Below are positions 1 through 9,739 of a stretch of 64,000 nucleotides of DNA, in pieces. Made by a program: the position numbers and the translations under genes. The stretch lies in contig CBDFJG010000002.1 in assembly GCA_965248445.1 (NCBI GenBank), positions 800,001 through 864,000 of the forward strand, read 5' to 3'. How positions within the stretch are numbered: the stretch's first letter is position 1; each line of letters begins with the position of its first letter. Source of the DNA: Planctomycetota bacterium. Its GTDB lineage: Bacteria; Planctomycetota; JAJSAM01; JAJVHW01. The notes under the pieces were generated by a model, which searched no databases, had not been told where the DNA came from, and was given only the letters and a program-made list of their open reading frames with translations.

Positions 1-1620
1 GTGATCGAGGACTACACCGGTAGCACGAGAACAGTCGCCCTGGCTACTGACCCGAGCGTTTTCACGATGGCCGCGGGAGACAACGTCTCGGTGTTCGCGC
101 CAGCTCTCGTTCCCACCGTGCCTGGACGCACGCTCGCCATCGAGTCGGATGGTCACGCGCACGCGGACGTGAAGCAGTGGCTCAGCTCTGCACCGAACGC
201 GTTGCAGAGCGGCCGCGTAGACACCTACCTCGGCGCGCTCGCCGCGAACGTCATCACCGCCGCGAGCATCGCGGCGAATGCAATCGGGGCGAGCCAGATC
301 GCGAGCGGGGCGCTGACCGCGGCGAAGTTCGCGGCCGGCGCGTTCGATGCCGTCTGGAGCGTTACGTCGCGCCTGCTGACCGCGGGGACGAACATCGTGC
401 TCGCGAAGGGCACGGGGATCACCGGCTTCAACGACGTCTCGGCGACACAGGTGAACGCGGAGTGCGACACCGCGCTGTCCGACTATGACGCACCGACGCG
501 AGCTGAGGCGACGAGCGACAAGAACGAGGTCCTGTCGCGGCTCGGGACGCCCGCAGGTGCCGACGTGGTCGCGGACATCGCGAGCAACAAGACCGACCTC
601 GGAACTCTGCTCACTCGACTGTCCGAGGCGCGCGCGAGCTACCTCGACTTCCTGAACATCGGTGGCGCGGTAGCAAGTCAAGCCGATGTGCAGGGCATAG
701 GCGTGCCGCTCCGCGTGCGCTTCGTTGCGCCACCGCAGATCGAACGACCCGACTCGGGGTCGGTCACCTACCGGCTGTGGATCTACAGCTACGGGGACTC
801 GGGGCAGGCCGAAGATCTCGACAGCGTGCCGGTCGTGGCCGCGGAGAACAACGCGAGCACCGATCGCTCGGGGAATCTCGGAACGGTCACGAAGCAGGCG
901 GCGACGACGGGGATCTACTACGTCGACTACACCGTCGCGGACAGCCACGCCCTCGAGGGTCTGGTGTTCAAGGCGACGTGCACGGAGAACGCTGTCGCGA
1001 CGGTCTACCCGACGTCGAGCTTCGTCGCCGACACGACTGCCGTCGACTACACCGCGGCGGATCGCAGCCGCGACGACGGCATCAAGGCGATCGTGGACCT
1101 CCTCCCCGACGGCGGCGCGCTCACGAGCCTGGCGCAGGACTCCGACCTGTCCACGGCGCTCGCCAACCTGACAACTCTGCTCACACGGATCCCCGGTGTC
1201 GTGCAACCGCAGACGGGCGACGCGTACGACCGCCTCGCTACCTACCGTCTCGGTGAGCTGCTGAGCGCGGCACTCGCGTCGCAGCCCGCGGCCGACTCGC
1301 TACTCGGAGACCTCACCGAGGACGACGGCGGCGTGCAGCGGTTCTCCGTGAACGCGCTCGAGCAAGCGCCGGCGGGTGGCGGTGGCGGCGGAGGGAACGA
1401 GAACGCGGTAGCCATCCCCGCGGCGGGCGCCGCCGACAACACCGTGGGCGGTCTCCGGCGCGCGCAGGCGAACTGGCGCTACGGCAAGAAGGAGGTCGTG
1501 GCCGGCGGGCCGCTGGGCTACCAGGTCAAGGTCTACGAGTTCGACGACTCGGACACGGTCTGGAAGACCTTCGACTTCAACCACGCGAGTCTGCCATCCC
1601 TCTTCCAGGAGGCGGCGTGA
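1..1620 (+). CDS. Phage virion/structural protein (5' partial)
   Basis: Ala/Thr/Gly-rich ORF with AASIAANAIGASQIA-type repeats, upstream of tail genes; GTGA overlap with next gene. Confidence 0.6.
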   Translation: MIEDYTGSTRTVALATDPSVFTMAAGDNVSVFAPALVPTVPGRTLAIESDGHAHADVKQWLSSAPNALQSGRVDTYLGALAANVITAASIAANAIGASQIASGALTAAKFAAGAFDAVWSVTSRLLTAGTNIVLAKGTGITGFNDVSATQVNAECDTALSDYDAPTRAEATSDKNEVLSRLGTPAGADVVADIASNKTDLGTLLTRLSEARASYLDFLNIGGAVASQADVQGIGVPLRVRFVAPPQIERPDSGSVTYRLWIYSYGDSGQAEDLDSVPVVAAENNASTDRSGNLGTVTKQAATTGIYYVDYTVADSHALEGLVFKATCTENAVATVYPTSSFVADTTAVDYTAADRSRDDGIKAIVDLLPDGGALTSLAQDSDLSTALANLTTLLTRIPGVVQPQTGDAYDRLATYRLGELLSAALASQPAADSLLGDLTEDDGGVQRFSVNALEQAPAGGGGGGGNENAVAIPAAGAADNTVGGLRRAQANWRYGKKEVVAGGPLGYQVKVYEFDDSDTVWKTFDFNHASLPSLFQEAA

Positions 1621-2432
1621 GCATCATCATGCCGTTCGGGCTCCCGTCCGCGGAGTCGGGTGTCCAGGCGAGCACGCTCCCGGTGCGCGAGCGCATCCTG
1701 CAGAACGTCTTCGCCACGCTGCGCTCGATCCGCCGGCTCAGCAAGCCGGAGCGCCAGAGCGGCACCGACGTCGCAGTCAGCACGGAGTCGAGCGGCGCGT
1801 ACACCGGCGAGGTGACCCGCTTCTACATGGTGGGGGTCACGCTCGGGGGACCGAGCGGCACCGCGCAGGTCACGGTCACCGACGAGACCCCCGCGGACGT
1901 GAAGGCGCTCTGGCCGTCTTCGATCACCGGCGACGACGGGCCGGTGGCCGCGGTCGTCACGAGCGGGGTGGCCTTCAACCTGGGTTCGAACGGCGTCCAG
2001 ATGGCGCTCACCTTCACGGACGACCTGGTCGCGGGCCACAAGTGGGGCGTGTGGGCCGGGAAGTACACGAACGACGTGAAGGAAGTCACCCGTGACGAGG
2101 ACGCGGAGCTCGGCCACAAGCTCTGGATCGAGCAGGGCTACCCGGACGGTGAGCCGACCGAGGGCCCGCTCAGCAAGCGCACAGAGCTGCTGCTGATTCC
2201 GCTCACGCTTCGCGCTCGCCGCGCAGACGAGCTCGCCACGGTGCTCGAGACGTTCTTCGCGGACATCACGTGGGCGCTGCTGGCCGACGAGACCCGCGGT
2301 GCGGACGCGATCTGGACCCGGGTCGAAGGCAACGTGGGCTTGGCCTTGCAGGAGGTCAAGGCAGGGGGGCGTGCGGTGGTGCAGGTAGAGGTTCTGTACC
2401 GCACCGCGGACGACAACCCGTACCAGTCCTGA
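1617..2432 (+). CDS. Phage protein, possible tail completion/terminator protein with inserted beta-rich domain
   Basis: Directly before tail tube gene; N-term RERIL and C-term VxVxYRT..DPY pattern resemble tail terminators. Confidence 0.45.
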   Translation: MSIIMPFGLPSAESGVQASTLPVRERILQNVFATLRSIRRLSKPERQSGTDVAVSTESSGAYTGEVTRFYMVGVTLGGPSGTAQVTVTDETPADVKALWPSSITGDDGPVAAVVTSGVAFNLGSNGVQMALTFTDDLVAGHKWGVWAGKYTNDVKEVTRDEDAELGHKLWIEQGYPDGEPTEGPLSKRTELLLIPLTLRARRADELATVLETFFADITWALLADETRGADAIWTRVEGNVGLALQEVKAGGRAVVQVEVLYRTADDNPYQS

Positions 2433-2447
2433 CGCCGGAGGCCGAGC

Positions 2448-3617
2448 ATGTCCGTTCTCACCCAGCCCAAGCGCCAGATCGCGTTCAAGCTCGAGTCCGT
2501 CGAGGGAACACCGGAGTCGCTGGCCGCCGCCGATGCGAAGCACCTGGTACTCGACGAGGACCTGAGCTTCTCCGACGACATCCAGATGCACGAGCGCAAC
2601 ATCGTGCAGTCGTCCTTCAGCAAGCACAAGGCGCTCGCTGGCGTCGAGGGCGCGGGGATCACGTTCGGCATCGAGCTCCGCGGCTCCGGCGCCATCGCGT
2701 CCCCCACCGACGACATCCCGTCGTGGGACGAGCCGCTGCGCGGCTGCGGCTTCGGGCGCAGCAACGTGACGAAGCTCGCCATCGGAGCGGTGGCGGGCGG
2801 ACCGTTCACACACGGTGAGGTCGTGACGGGCGGCACGAGCACCGCAACCGGCCGAGTGATCGGTGACTGGGCGGATGGCGCGGCAGCGCTCTACGTCGTC
2901 GTGACGTCCGGGACGTTCCAGGACGCGGAGACGCTCACCGGCGACACCAGTGGCGCGAGCGCCACGGCCGGCGCGGCACCGGCGGCCGGTGGATGGGTCT
3001 ACGAGCCCGTCAGCGGAACGTCCTCCTCGGGCACAATTGCCACGTACCACGACGGCGTGAAGAAGCTCGTGCAGGGCGGCCGCGGCAACGTCGTGTTCCA
3101 GGGATCGGTCGGCGAGCCCGGCAAGATGATGTTCTCCTACGGCGGCGTGTACGGCGGGGTTACCGACGTTGCGCTCCTGTCGGGGATCATCTACGAGCCC
3201 ACGCTCCCGCCGGTGCTCAAGGGCACGTCGCTATCGTTCGACTCCTTCACCCCGATCGTGACGGAGTTCAGCTTCGACATGGGGAACGTGCTCGCGCTCC
3301 GCCGCAGCATGGCGGCAACGGCTGGCGCAGTGTCGACCCGCATCACGGACCGGCGACCGACAGGTTCGTTCGACCCCGAGATGGACCTGGTCGCGAACTT
3401 CGACTTCTACGGTCGCAAGAAGGGCGAGACGCTCCACAAGACCGAGTTCCAGGTCGGGTCGACCGAAGGGAACCGGTTCAAGTTCATCGTGCCCGAGACG
3501 CAGATCAACAGCGTCGAGGAGGGCGATCGCGAACGGCTGTCGACGGTGAGCCTCGGCATCGGCCTGATCGGCGGTACGTCCTGGCAGGACCTCGAGCTGT
3601 CGTTGCTCGTCTACTGA
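2448..3617 (+). CDS. Phage major tail (tube) protein
   Basis: GGAGG RBS; 389 aa beta-rich protein in the canonical position before chaperone and tape measure. Confidence 0.75.
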   Translation: MSVLTQPKRQIAFKLESVEGTPESLAAADAKHLVLDEDLSFSDDIQMHERNIVQSSFSKHKALAGVEGAGITFGIELRGSGAIASPTDDIPSWDEPLRGCGFGRSNVTKLAIGAVAGGPFTHGEVVTGGTSTATGRVIGDWADGAAALYVVVTSGTFQDAETLTGDTSGASATAGAAPAAGGWVYEPVSGTSSSGTIATYHDGVKKLVQGGRGNVVFQGSVGEPGKMMFSYGGVYGGVTDVALLSGIIYEPTLPPVLKGTSLSFDSFTPIVTEFSFDMGNVLALRRSMAATAGAVSTRITDRRPTGSFDPEMDLVANFDFYGRKKGETLHKTEFQVGSTEGNRFKFIVPETQINSVEEGDRERLSTVSLGIGLIGGTSWQDLELSLLVY

Positions 3618-3627
3618 GGAGGCTCTG

Positions 3628-4047
3628 ATGGCTCGCGCTCTCTCCGTCCGCGTCGAGCAGACGTACGTCCCACTGTCCGACCGTGAGCTGCCACCCGAGC
3701 AGCAGACGCGCTTCACGGCGCGACCTCCGACGGGCATCGACAAGATCAAGTGGCGCGCCTACGCGCGTGATCTCGGGGCCGGCCCGGAATCCGCCGGCGC
3801 ACTGGTGATCGAGTGGCTCGTGCGGCACCTGCTCACGGGGTGGGAGAACTTCCCGGGCCATGACGACAAGCTGGTGGAGTTCGTTCGCGGGAAGCACATG
3901 GAGAGGCTCGACGACGCACTCGTCTACGAGCTGGGAAACTGGCTGCTCTCGCTCAAGGACCTGTCGGAGGACGACTCGGGAAAATCCGACTTGCCGTCGA
4001 GCTCGCGGTCCGGCGACCCGCCGCCTGCTCCGTCTGCCGAGCAGTAG
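3628..4047 (+). CDS. Tail assembly chaperone (gpG-like)
   Basis: Between tail tube and tape measure; GAGGAGG RBS; contains slippery heptamer G GGA AAA at 3978-3984. Confidence 0.75.
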   Translation: MARALSVRVEQTYVPLSDRELPPEQQTRFTARPPTGIDKIKWRAYARDLGAGPESAGALVIEWLVRHLLTGWENFPGHDDKLVEFVRGKHMERLDDALVYELGNWLLSLKDLSEDDSGKSDLPSSSRSGDPPPAPSAEQ

Positions 4048-4367
4048 CACCAGACGCCCGCTACTGCGTCGGGGCGGCGGGATCGAGTCAGCGGCCCACC
4101 TACATCCTTCCGTGCACACAGCACGGCTCTACGGCGTGCGAGAAGTGCGCTCGGCGGACGGGACACGAGTGCCCGTATCGCTTGCTCGACGAAGACGTGT
4201 GGTTGGTCTTGCGTCTGTGGCGGACGCTGCGCGCGAGCGGCGCCTTCCCTGACCCAGGAGGACCGCTGGACCAGTCGCTGTGGGTCATCGAAGCATTCGA
4301 TGCCGTGACGGCCGCGGAGGGCGCGGTGCGGGACGACATCGAGCGGCAGCGGAAGAAGTCGAGGTAG
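3978..4367 (+). CDS. -1 frameshift extension of tail chaperone (gpGT-like), Cys-rich
   Basis: -1 frame is open from 3978 to TAG at 4367 and includes track ORF 4182..4367. Confidence 0.75.
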   Translation, partial: GKIRLAVELAVRRPAACSVCRAVAPDARYCVGAAGSSQRPTYILPCTQHGSTACEKCARRTGHECPYRLLDEDVWLVLRLWRTLRASGAFPDPGGPLDQSLWVIEAFDAVTAAEGAVRDDIERQRKKSR

Positions 4368-4370
4368 CGC

Positions 4371-7106
4371 GTGGCCCGCACGACGAAGCGCCGGACCGAG
4401 TACGAGCTGAGCGTCCAGGACAAGGCGACGGCTGCGCTGAAGCGCATCGACCAGCGGATCGGCCAGCTCGACAAGGAGATCATGGGGCTGGGCGCGACGT
4501 CGAAGCGCTCGACGGGGACCATGATCGCGGGCTTCAAGAGCTTCGCGACGGTGCTCGGCGGGATCTCGCTCGCCGCACTCGGGAAGGACGTGATCCAGAC
4601 CGGCGCCGAGTTCGAGAAGTCCATGGCGCTCATCGCGGGGCTCTCGAAGGAGGCCGCGGCGGAGGTGCCCCACCTCTCACAGGAACTGCGAGACCTGGCC
4701 GTCGAGGGCGGCGCGAACCTGAACTCTCTCAGCGCAGCCGCCTTCGACGTGATCAGCGCGACCGGAGACGTCGGCGGCTCGATGACCGCGGTCAAGTCGG
4801 CGATGGACCTCGCGATCGCCGGTGGCACCGACACAGCGACCACGATGGACGCGCTCACGTCGATCATGGGCAACTTCAGCTTGACGACCGGTCAAGCCGG
4901 GGCCGCCGCGGAGGCGCTGTTCCGCGCCCAGCAGGGCGGCAAGGTCACGATGGAGCAGCTCGCTCGCTCGATCGGTAACGTCGCCACGAGCGCACGCGCA
5001 GCCGGCGTGTCCTACGAGGAGATGCTCGGCAGCCTCGCGGCAGTGACGGCCGGTGGCCTGGGCGGTGAGAAGACGCAGGTCGGCGCCACGAGCGTCGCGC
5101 GGATGTTCGACGCCGTCGCGAAGGCGGGCGAGGACGTGATCGCGACATCGCGCGAGATGGCTGCAGAGGCCGGCGTCGTGGACTTCGAGTTCTCGAAGGC
5201 GCAGCTGGCGAGTGACGGCCTCGCCAAGTTCCTCGAGAAGATGGCCCGGGTCACCAAGGGGGACACGCAGGCGCTCGAGAAGCTCGGCATCGCGACCGAG
5301 GCAGCCAAGGGCACGCAGATCCTGCTGAAGGACGGCGCTGCGGCGACGACCGAGCTCCTCGCCGATCAGCGCAAGGAGGCCGACGAACTCGGCGGTGCCG
5401 TCGCGATCATGCAGGAGACGACCTCGCAGAAGATGGAGCGCCTGAACGCACTCTGGAAGGAGTCCAAGCTCATCTTCTTCGACGAGTTCTCGGGCCCCCT
5501 GAAGGAGGGGTTCGAGGGACTCCTCGAGGACACCGACTCGTTTCGCGAAGGCGTCGAAGCGCTCGCGGACTCCGCGCGCTTCCTGGGCAACGTGTGGCAG
5601 ACGGTGGTCGGAGGGATCCGCACCGCGATCATCGCGTCGTTCCTGCCGCTCACCGAGTTCGTCGGAGGCGTTGCAGAACTCGGCGAGAAGATGGGGTTCC
5701 TCGACCGGGAGACCGCCAACTGGATGCGCGCGTTCCGCGATGGCACGCGCGATGCGGTCTCCGAGTCGTTCGACGACATGATTGACGACGCCAAGGAGGC
5801 GGGCGCTGCCTTCAAGGACGTGTTCGAGGACGAGGCGCCGCGCGCGTTGCGGGAGACCGGCGCCGCGGTCCAGGAGACCGAACAGAATCTAGAGGCGCTC
5901 GTCGAAGCAGCGCGCCGCGCTGGCGCTGAGATGCTGGCCGCCCTCCGCGCTGGCGCCAAGGCTCCGCCCATCTCGGAGGGCTTCGATGACAAGCTCTTCA
6001 AGGCACGGGAGGCCCTGCGAGCGGCGTCGCTGCGCGGCAGCTTGGCCGGCAAGGACGAGCTGGACCAGGAGAAGGCCGCGCTGCGCGAGGCGCACCGCCG
6101 GCGCATCCTCGAGATCCAGCGCGACGAGAAGCTCACCGCAAGTGAGCGCCGTCTGCTGCGGGAGACGTTCACGCACGCGCTGAACGCGGACATCGCGGCA
6201 CTGGAGGCGGAGCAGGCACAGGAGCTGGCCACGCAGCGTTCCCAGGACGCGACGGAGCTCGAGAAGGAGATCCTCCGGATTCGCGGCGACGCGATGTTCG
6301 AACTCCAGCAGATGGGTCGGGACCAGACCGACCAGGAAATCACGGAGATCAACCGTCGGTACGACGAGCTGCGCGGTCGCGCCGAGGAGTTCGGGCGCGA
6401 CACGGTCGCCATCGAGGAAGCACGGCAGGCCGAGCTGCAGCGCGCTGAGACCGAAGGCGCGGCGCGGCGTGCCGAGGAGGCCGAGCGGCTTGCCGAGAAG
6501 GCGGAGCGGGACGCGGCGGCGGCCAGGACCAAGGCCCACCAGGACGCGGTCACGGACACCGACTTCGGCGCCGGCTTCCAGGCCGAGCTGACCAAGATCC
6601 AGGAAGAGATGACGAAGACGGGCGCCCTCGGCGCCGACCTCGCCAACACCCTCACGGACGGCCTCGCGGGCACCGGTGTCGACGCGATGTTCGCGCTGGC
6701 GGACGGCACCGAGAACGCGGGGCAGCGCATCGAGGATGCGTTGATCGACCTCGGCAAGGAGATCCTCGCGACGATCGTCAAGTTCCAGCTCATGCGCCTT
6801 GTGTCGGGTGCACTCGGGTCCGCGTTCGGGGCACCGGCGCCAGTCGGCATCCCGGGCGGCTTCGCGCCCCTGCCGCCGCCCACCGCCAGCGTCCCGCTCC
6901 CGTCGGCTGCGGGTCCGCCGGTCGCCCTCGGAGCGACATCGTCGGGACGCAACGTGATCGTGAACTACTCGCCGAGCATCAACGCGATCGACGGCGTGTC
7001 CGCCAAGCGCGTGCTCATCGAGGAACGCGAGACGCTCTCCGCGCTCATCAAGCGCTCGATCACCGAAGAGGCGGACTTCCAGAACACCATCCGGAACGTG
7101 AGGTAG
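4371..7106 (+). CDS. Phage tail tape measure protein
   Basis: 911 aa Ala-rich helical protein with TP901-type N-terminal region and coiled-coil middle. Confidence 0.9.
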   Translation: MARTTKRRTEYELSVQDKATAALKRIDQRIGQLDKEIMGLGATSKRSTGTMIAGFKSFATVLGGISLAALGKDVIQTGAEFEKSMALIAGLSKEAAAEVPHLSQELRDLAVEGGANLNSLSAAAFDVISATGDVGGSMTAVKSAMDLAIAGGTDTATTMDALTSIMGNFSLTTGQAGAAAEALFRAQQGGKVTMEQLARSIGNVATSARAAGVSYEEMLGSLAAVTAGGLGGEKTQVGATSVARMFDAVAKAGEDVIATSREMAAEAGVVDFEFSKAQLASDGLAKFLEKMARVTKGDTQALEKLGIATEAAKGTQILLKDGAAATTELLADQRKEADELGGAVAIMQETTSQKMERLNALWKESKLIFFDEFSGPLKEGFEGLLEDTDSFREGVEALADSARFLGNVWQTVVGGIRTAIIASFLPLTEFVGGVAELGEKMGFLDRETANWMRAFRDGTRDAVSESFDDMIDDAKEAGAAFKDVFEDEAPRALRETGAAVQETEQNLEALVEAARRAGAEMLAALRAGAKAPPISEGFDDKLFKAREALRAASLRGSLAGKDELDQEKAALREAHRRRILEIQRDEKLTASERRLLRETFTHALNADIAALEAEQAQELATQRSQDATELEKEILRIRGDAMFELQQMGRDQTDQEITEINRRYDELRGRAEEFGRDTVAIEEARQAELQRAETEGAARRAEEAERLAEKAERDAAAARTKAHQDAVTDTDFGAGFQAELTKIQEEMTKTGALGADLANTLTDGLAGTGVDAMFALADGTENAGQRIEDALIDLGKEILATIVKFQLMRLVSGALGSAFGAPAPVGIPGGFAPLPPPTASVPLPSAAGPPVALGATSSGRNVIVNYSPSINAIDGVSAKRVLIEERETLSALIKRSITEEADFQNTIRNVR

Positions 7107-7110
7107 CCCC

Positions 7111-7602
7111 GTGTCCCACCAGCAGCGCCAGTACGTCGACAACGAGGCAGCGACTCACGACCAGCACATGCTGGAACGGAGCATCGGCGGCAACACCGCG
7201 GACGCGTCCGTCGTGCAGTCCGTCGGCGACCGCCTCGACTTCGGGGGCAGCGCCACCGGCACCGTGTTCGACAAGGTCAGCGCGAAGGCGTTCCAGACCG
7301 ACACGATCAGCTGCGACGGCTTTGAACACGTCGTCGTCAAGGTCGAGACCGAGAAGAGCAACCCGGACGTGCGGCTGCGGCCGTGGTGGAAGGACGCCAG
7401 CGGCACGGGATGGACGCCGGGCGATGAGATCCGCGCGAAGGCCACGGGCGACCAGGGCGGCTCCGGAAGCGTCCCCGGCTCGCTCGTCACGAACTACTAC
7501 CACTTCGAGCGGCTCGTGCTCGAGACGCACGGCGCTTCTGAGGTGAAGTTCGAGCTGACCAAGATCAGCAACGGGAAGGTGTCTGCTCCGAGGAGCCGAG
7601 CG
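7111..7602 (+). pseudogene. Phage protein after tape measure, apparently 3' truncated and fused to downstream ORFs
   Basis: Protein-like sequence runs without a stop into a new RBS (GAGGAG 7590-7595) and ATG 7603. Confidence 0.45.
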
Positions 7603-7880
7603 ATGAGTAACGCGAACGACTACTTGCGGCGGGGGGACGTGGCTCGCATGGCGATGAGGGTCTACGGGCCTGGTAGTGGGGGGGCCACGTCAGAGACCTC
7701 GCCGCCGACCCGGTCGCCACGGCGGCGGTCGAGTTGGCGGAGTTCTGTGAGTACGCGGCTCTGCACGAGGCATGGCGGAACGAGCTTCGCCTGTGTGGAC
7801 GGATGCCGCTCATCCACGACGAGGACATGCCGACCTGGCGTGGCGTCGAGCTGCTGTGGCGCCACTACGTCGACGCCTGA
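7603..7880 (+). pseudogene. Small phage protein frameshifted at a G7 tract
   Basis: One extra G at 7678-7684 joins MSNANDY.. to HVRDLAADPVATAAVELAEFCEY..HYVDA* (TGA 7878-7880). Confidence 0.45.
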
Positions 7881-8142
7881 GCGCAAGACGGACCGGGAGC
7901 GGGCGGAGGCGTGGTGCGCGCGATGGATCGAAGAAGACTGCCACGGACAGCCGCGCGATCAGATGACCGACGAACTCACCGAGGCCCTTGCCGCCGTGCG
8001 CCGCGAGACGGTGGAGAACATCCTCCGGGTGTTGGGCGAGCAGTACCGCCGCATGGACAACGACCCGGCGCTGCGGGACGGCATCGAGTTCCACGACGCC
8101 CTACGGAACCGTATCCGCGCGCTGCTTGGGGAGGAGGCGTGA
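7873..8142 (+). CDS. Small hypothetical phage protein, start uncertain
   Basis: C-terminal part of track ORF 7111..8142 is protein-like (PERKTDRERAEAW..LLGEEA); ACG sits where an overlapping ATG would be expected. Confidence 0.4.
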   Translation, partial: TPERKTDRERAEAWCARWIEEDCHGQPRDQMTDELTEALAAVRRETVENILRVLGEQYRRMDNDPALRDGIEFHDALRNRIRALLGEEA

Positions 8143-8146
8143 CAGC

Positions 8147-8455
8147 ATGAGCCTCCTGACCGCCCGCGAGGTCGCCGGAGCACCGCAGCTCTCCCCCGCA
8201 GCCGTGGCGTTGCTCAACGCCGTCGCGTCTGTCGCGCCCCCAACCGAAGACCCGTGGGCCAAGTACCCGCCTGTCCTCACGGTCGATCACATCGCAGAGA
8301 TCATGGGGAGGGACCGGGAGACCGTCCGTCGCTGGGCGCGCAAGGGCAGCAAGAACGGCGGGCTCGACATGGCGACGTTCCAGGGCTCGTACGTGATGGA
8401 CCAAGTCGAGTTCCGCCGCGTCATGGGCTACACCGCCGACAGGAGCTCGTCGTGA
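8147..8455 (+). CDS. Excisionase-like helix-turn-helix protein
   Basis: GGAGGAGG upstream; VLTVDHIAEIMGRDRETVRRW HTH; convergent with and overlapping the integrase. Confidence 0.75.
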   Translation: MSLLTAREVAGAPQLSPAAVALLNAVASVAPPTEDPWAKYPPVLTVDHIAEIMGRDRETVRRWARKGSKNGGLDMATFQGSYVMDQVEFRRVMGYTADRSSS

Positions 8456-9546
8456 TCGTCCCCCTGCATCTCATCCCGAGCGCGCATCGCGTCGAACGCT
8501 TCGTCGTCGGGGATGGCGCGGAGGTACTTCTGCGTCGTCACGATCGAGCGGTGGCCGGCGAGACGACGCGCGCTCTCGAGATCCACGCCCGGGGTGCGGA
8601 CGAGATGCGCGATCCAGTTGTGTCGGAGGTCGTGGGGAACCAGCTTCGTGCGCCCCATGCCGTCCGCCGCTGCACGGAAGATGTGGCTATAGTCCGCCCG
8701 ACGGATGTCCGGGAACAGCGGCTCCACGTCGCCGACTCTGCGACCGTCTCTCCGGGCGCCGAGCACTCCGAGCACCTGGCGCGCGAGAGCGGTTGTGGGG
8801 ATGCGACGGGAGCGCCCACTCTTCGTGGTCTCGGCGCCCGGCAACGCGCGCGTGACGTTCACCACCGTGAGGCCCGGCAAGAAGTCGCCCCAGGCCAACG
8901 CGCGCGCTTCGCCCGGACGCAGGCCCATCTCGGACTGCAGAATCACGCACGCCCGGATGGAGGGCGGCATCGCGGTGTAGACCTCAAGCAGCTCGTCCGT
9001 CCGGAGCCAGGTCACGACGCGCTCGACGATCCGGCCGACACGCACCCCGTTGACGGGGTTCTGCAGCGCGACGCGCGCCTCGACGGCCAGGGAGAAGATC
9101 AGGGACAACACCGACCGCTCCGTGTGCAGGGTGCTGTTCTTCATCTTCCCGCTCAGAGCGAGGGCGTCGAAGTGCGCCTGGATGTCGCCGCGCCTGATGG
9201 AGACGACCCTTCGCTTCCCGAGGCGCTCCTCCAGGCGGCGTATGGGGGGCTTGCGGCCACTGATCGTGCTCTCGGTGTTCCCCCGGGCCCGGAGGAGCCT
9301 GGGGATGCGCTTGAGCCACTCGGAGAGGGTGACCTCCTCGATCGCCGGCTCACCGAGCAGTCGTTGCCGCAGGAGCCTCCGGCGCACGTCGAGAAGCATG
9401 GCTTCGGCGGCCGTCTTGGTGAGTCCGCCAAAGCGGTTGCGCCGGCGTCCTGTCGTGTCGCTCCACCTGATGTACCATCCGTCCATCAGGGAGCCGTCGG
9501 GGCGCTTGCGTTTGTAGACGGACCCGAACGATCGGCGACGCGGCAT
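8428..9546 (-). CDS. int: Tyrosine recombinase / phage integrase
   Basis: GLRPGE, K, HDLRH, GH..TTQKY catalytic motifs; N-terminal GSVYKR arm-binding domain. Confidence 0.95.
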   Translation of the reverse strand: MPRRRSFGSVYKRKRPDGSLMDGWYIRWSDTTGRRRNRFGGLTKTAAEAMLLDVRRRLLRQRLLGEPAIEEVTLSEWLKRIPRLLRARGNTESTISGRKPPIRRLEERLGKRRVVSIRRGDIQAHFDALALSGKMKNSTLHTERSVLSLIFSLAVEARVALQNPVNGVRVGRIVERVVTWLRTDELLEVYTAMPPSIRACVILQSEMGLRPGEARALAWGDFLPGLTVVNVTRALPGAETTKSGRSRRIPTTALARQVLGVLGARRDGRRVGDVEPLFPDIRRADYSHIFRAAADGMGRTKLVPHDLRHNWIAHLVRTPGVDLESARRLAGHRSIVTTQKYLRAIPDDEAFDAMRARDEMQGDDHDELLSAV

Positions 9547-9574
9547 AGGCACCAAAATGTGTACCAGCGCGGCG

Positions 9575-9739
9575 ATCTAGGCTCAAGCGGCGTTCGTCGT
9601 AGTACCGGCGGAACACGTCGAGCGGCTTCAGTTCGCCGGCTCGAATGAACGCTGCGGGACCAACCGCGAGGCGCACGGCGAAGAGCGCGGACAACGTGAG
9701 GAGGGCGACGACCGCGGCGAGCGCGCGTTTCCTGTGCAT
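9575..9739 (-). pseudogene. 5' fragment of an exported/membrane host gene, possibly disrupted by the prophage
   Basis: MHRKRALAAVVALLTLSALF signal-like start; the frame runs without a stop into the integrase region. Confidence 0.4.

Larger units (their letters stand above)
1..9580. mobile_element. Prophage, right-hand part, probably defective
   Basis: Co-oriented tail genes (tube, chaperone, tape measure), then xis-like HTH gene and convergent tyrosine integrase; host-type genes follow. Right boundary approximate. Confidence 0.85.

Noticed and set aside
7111..8142. Single 343-aa protein
   Set aside because: An internal RBS/ATG and an out-of-frame middle indicate an accidental fusion of about three ORFs
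1..9580. Tailocin, GTA or diversity-generating retroelement interpretation
   Set aside because: The int/xis pair indicates a prophage; no tail tip genes, reverse transcriptase or TR/VR repeat pair seen in the window
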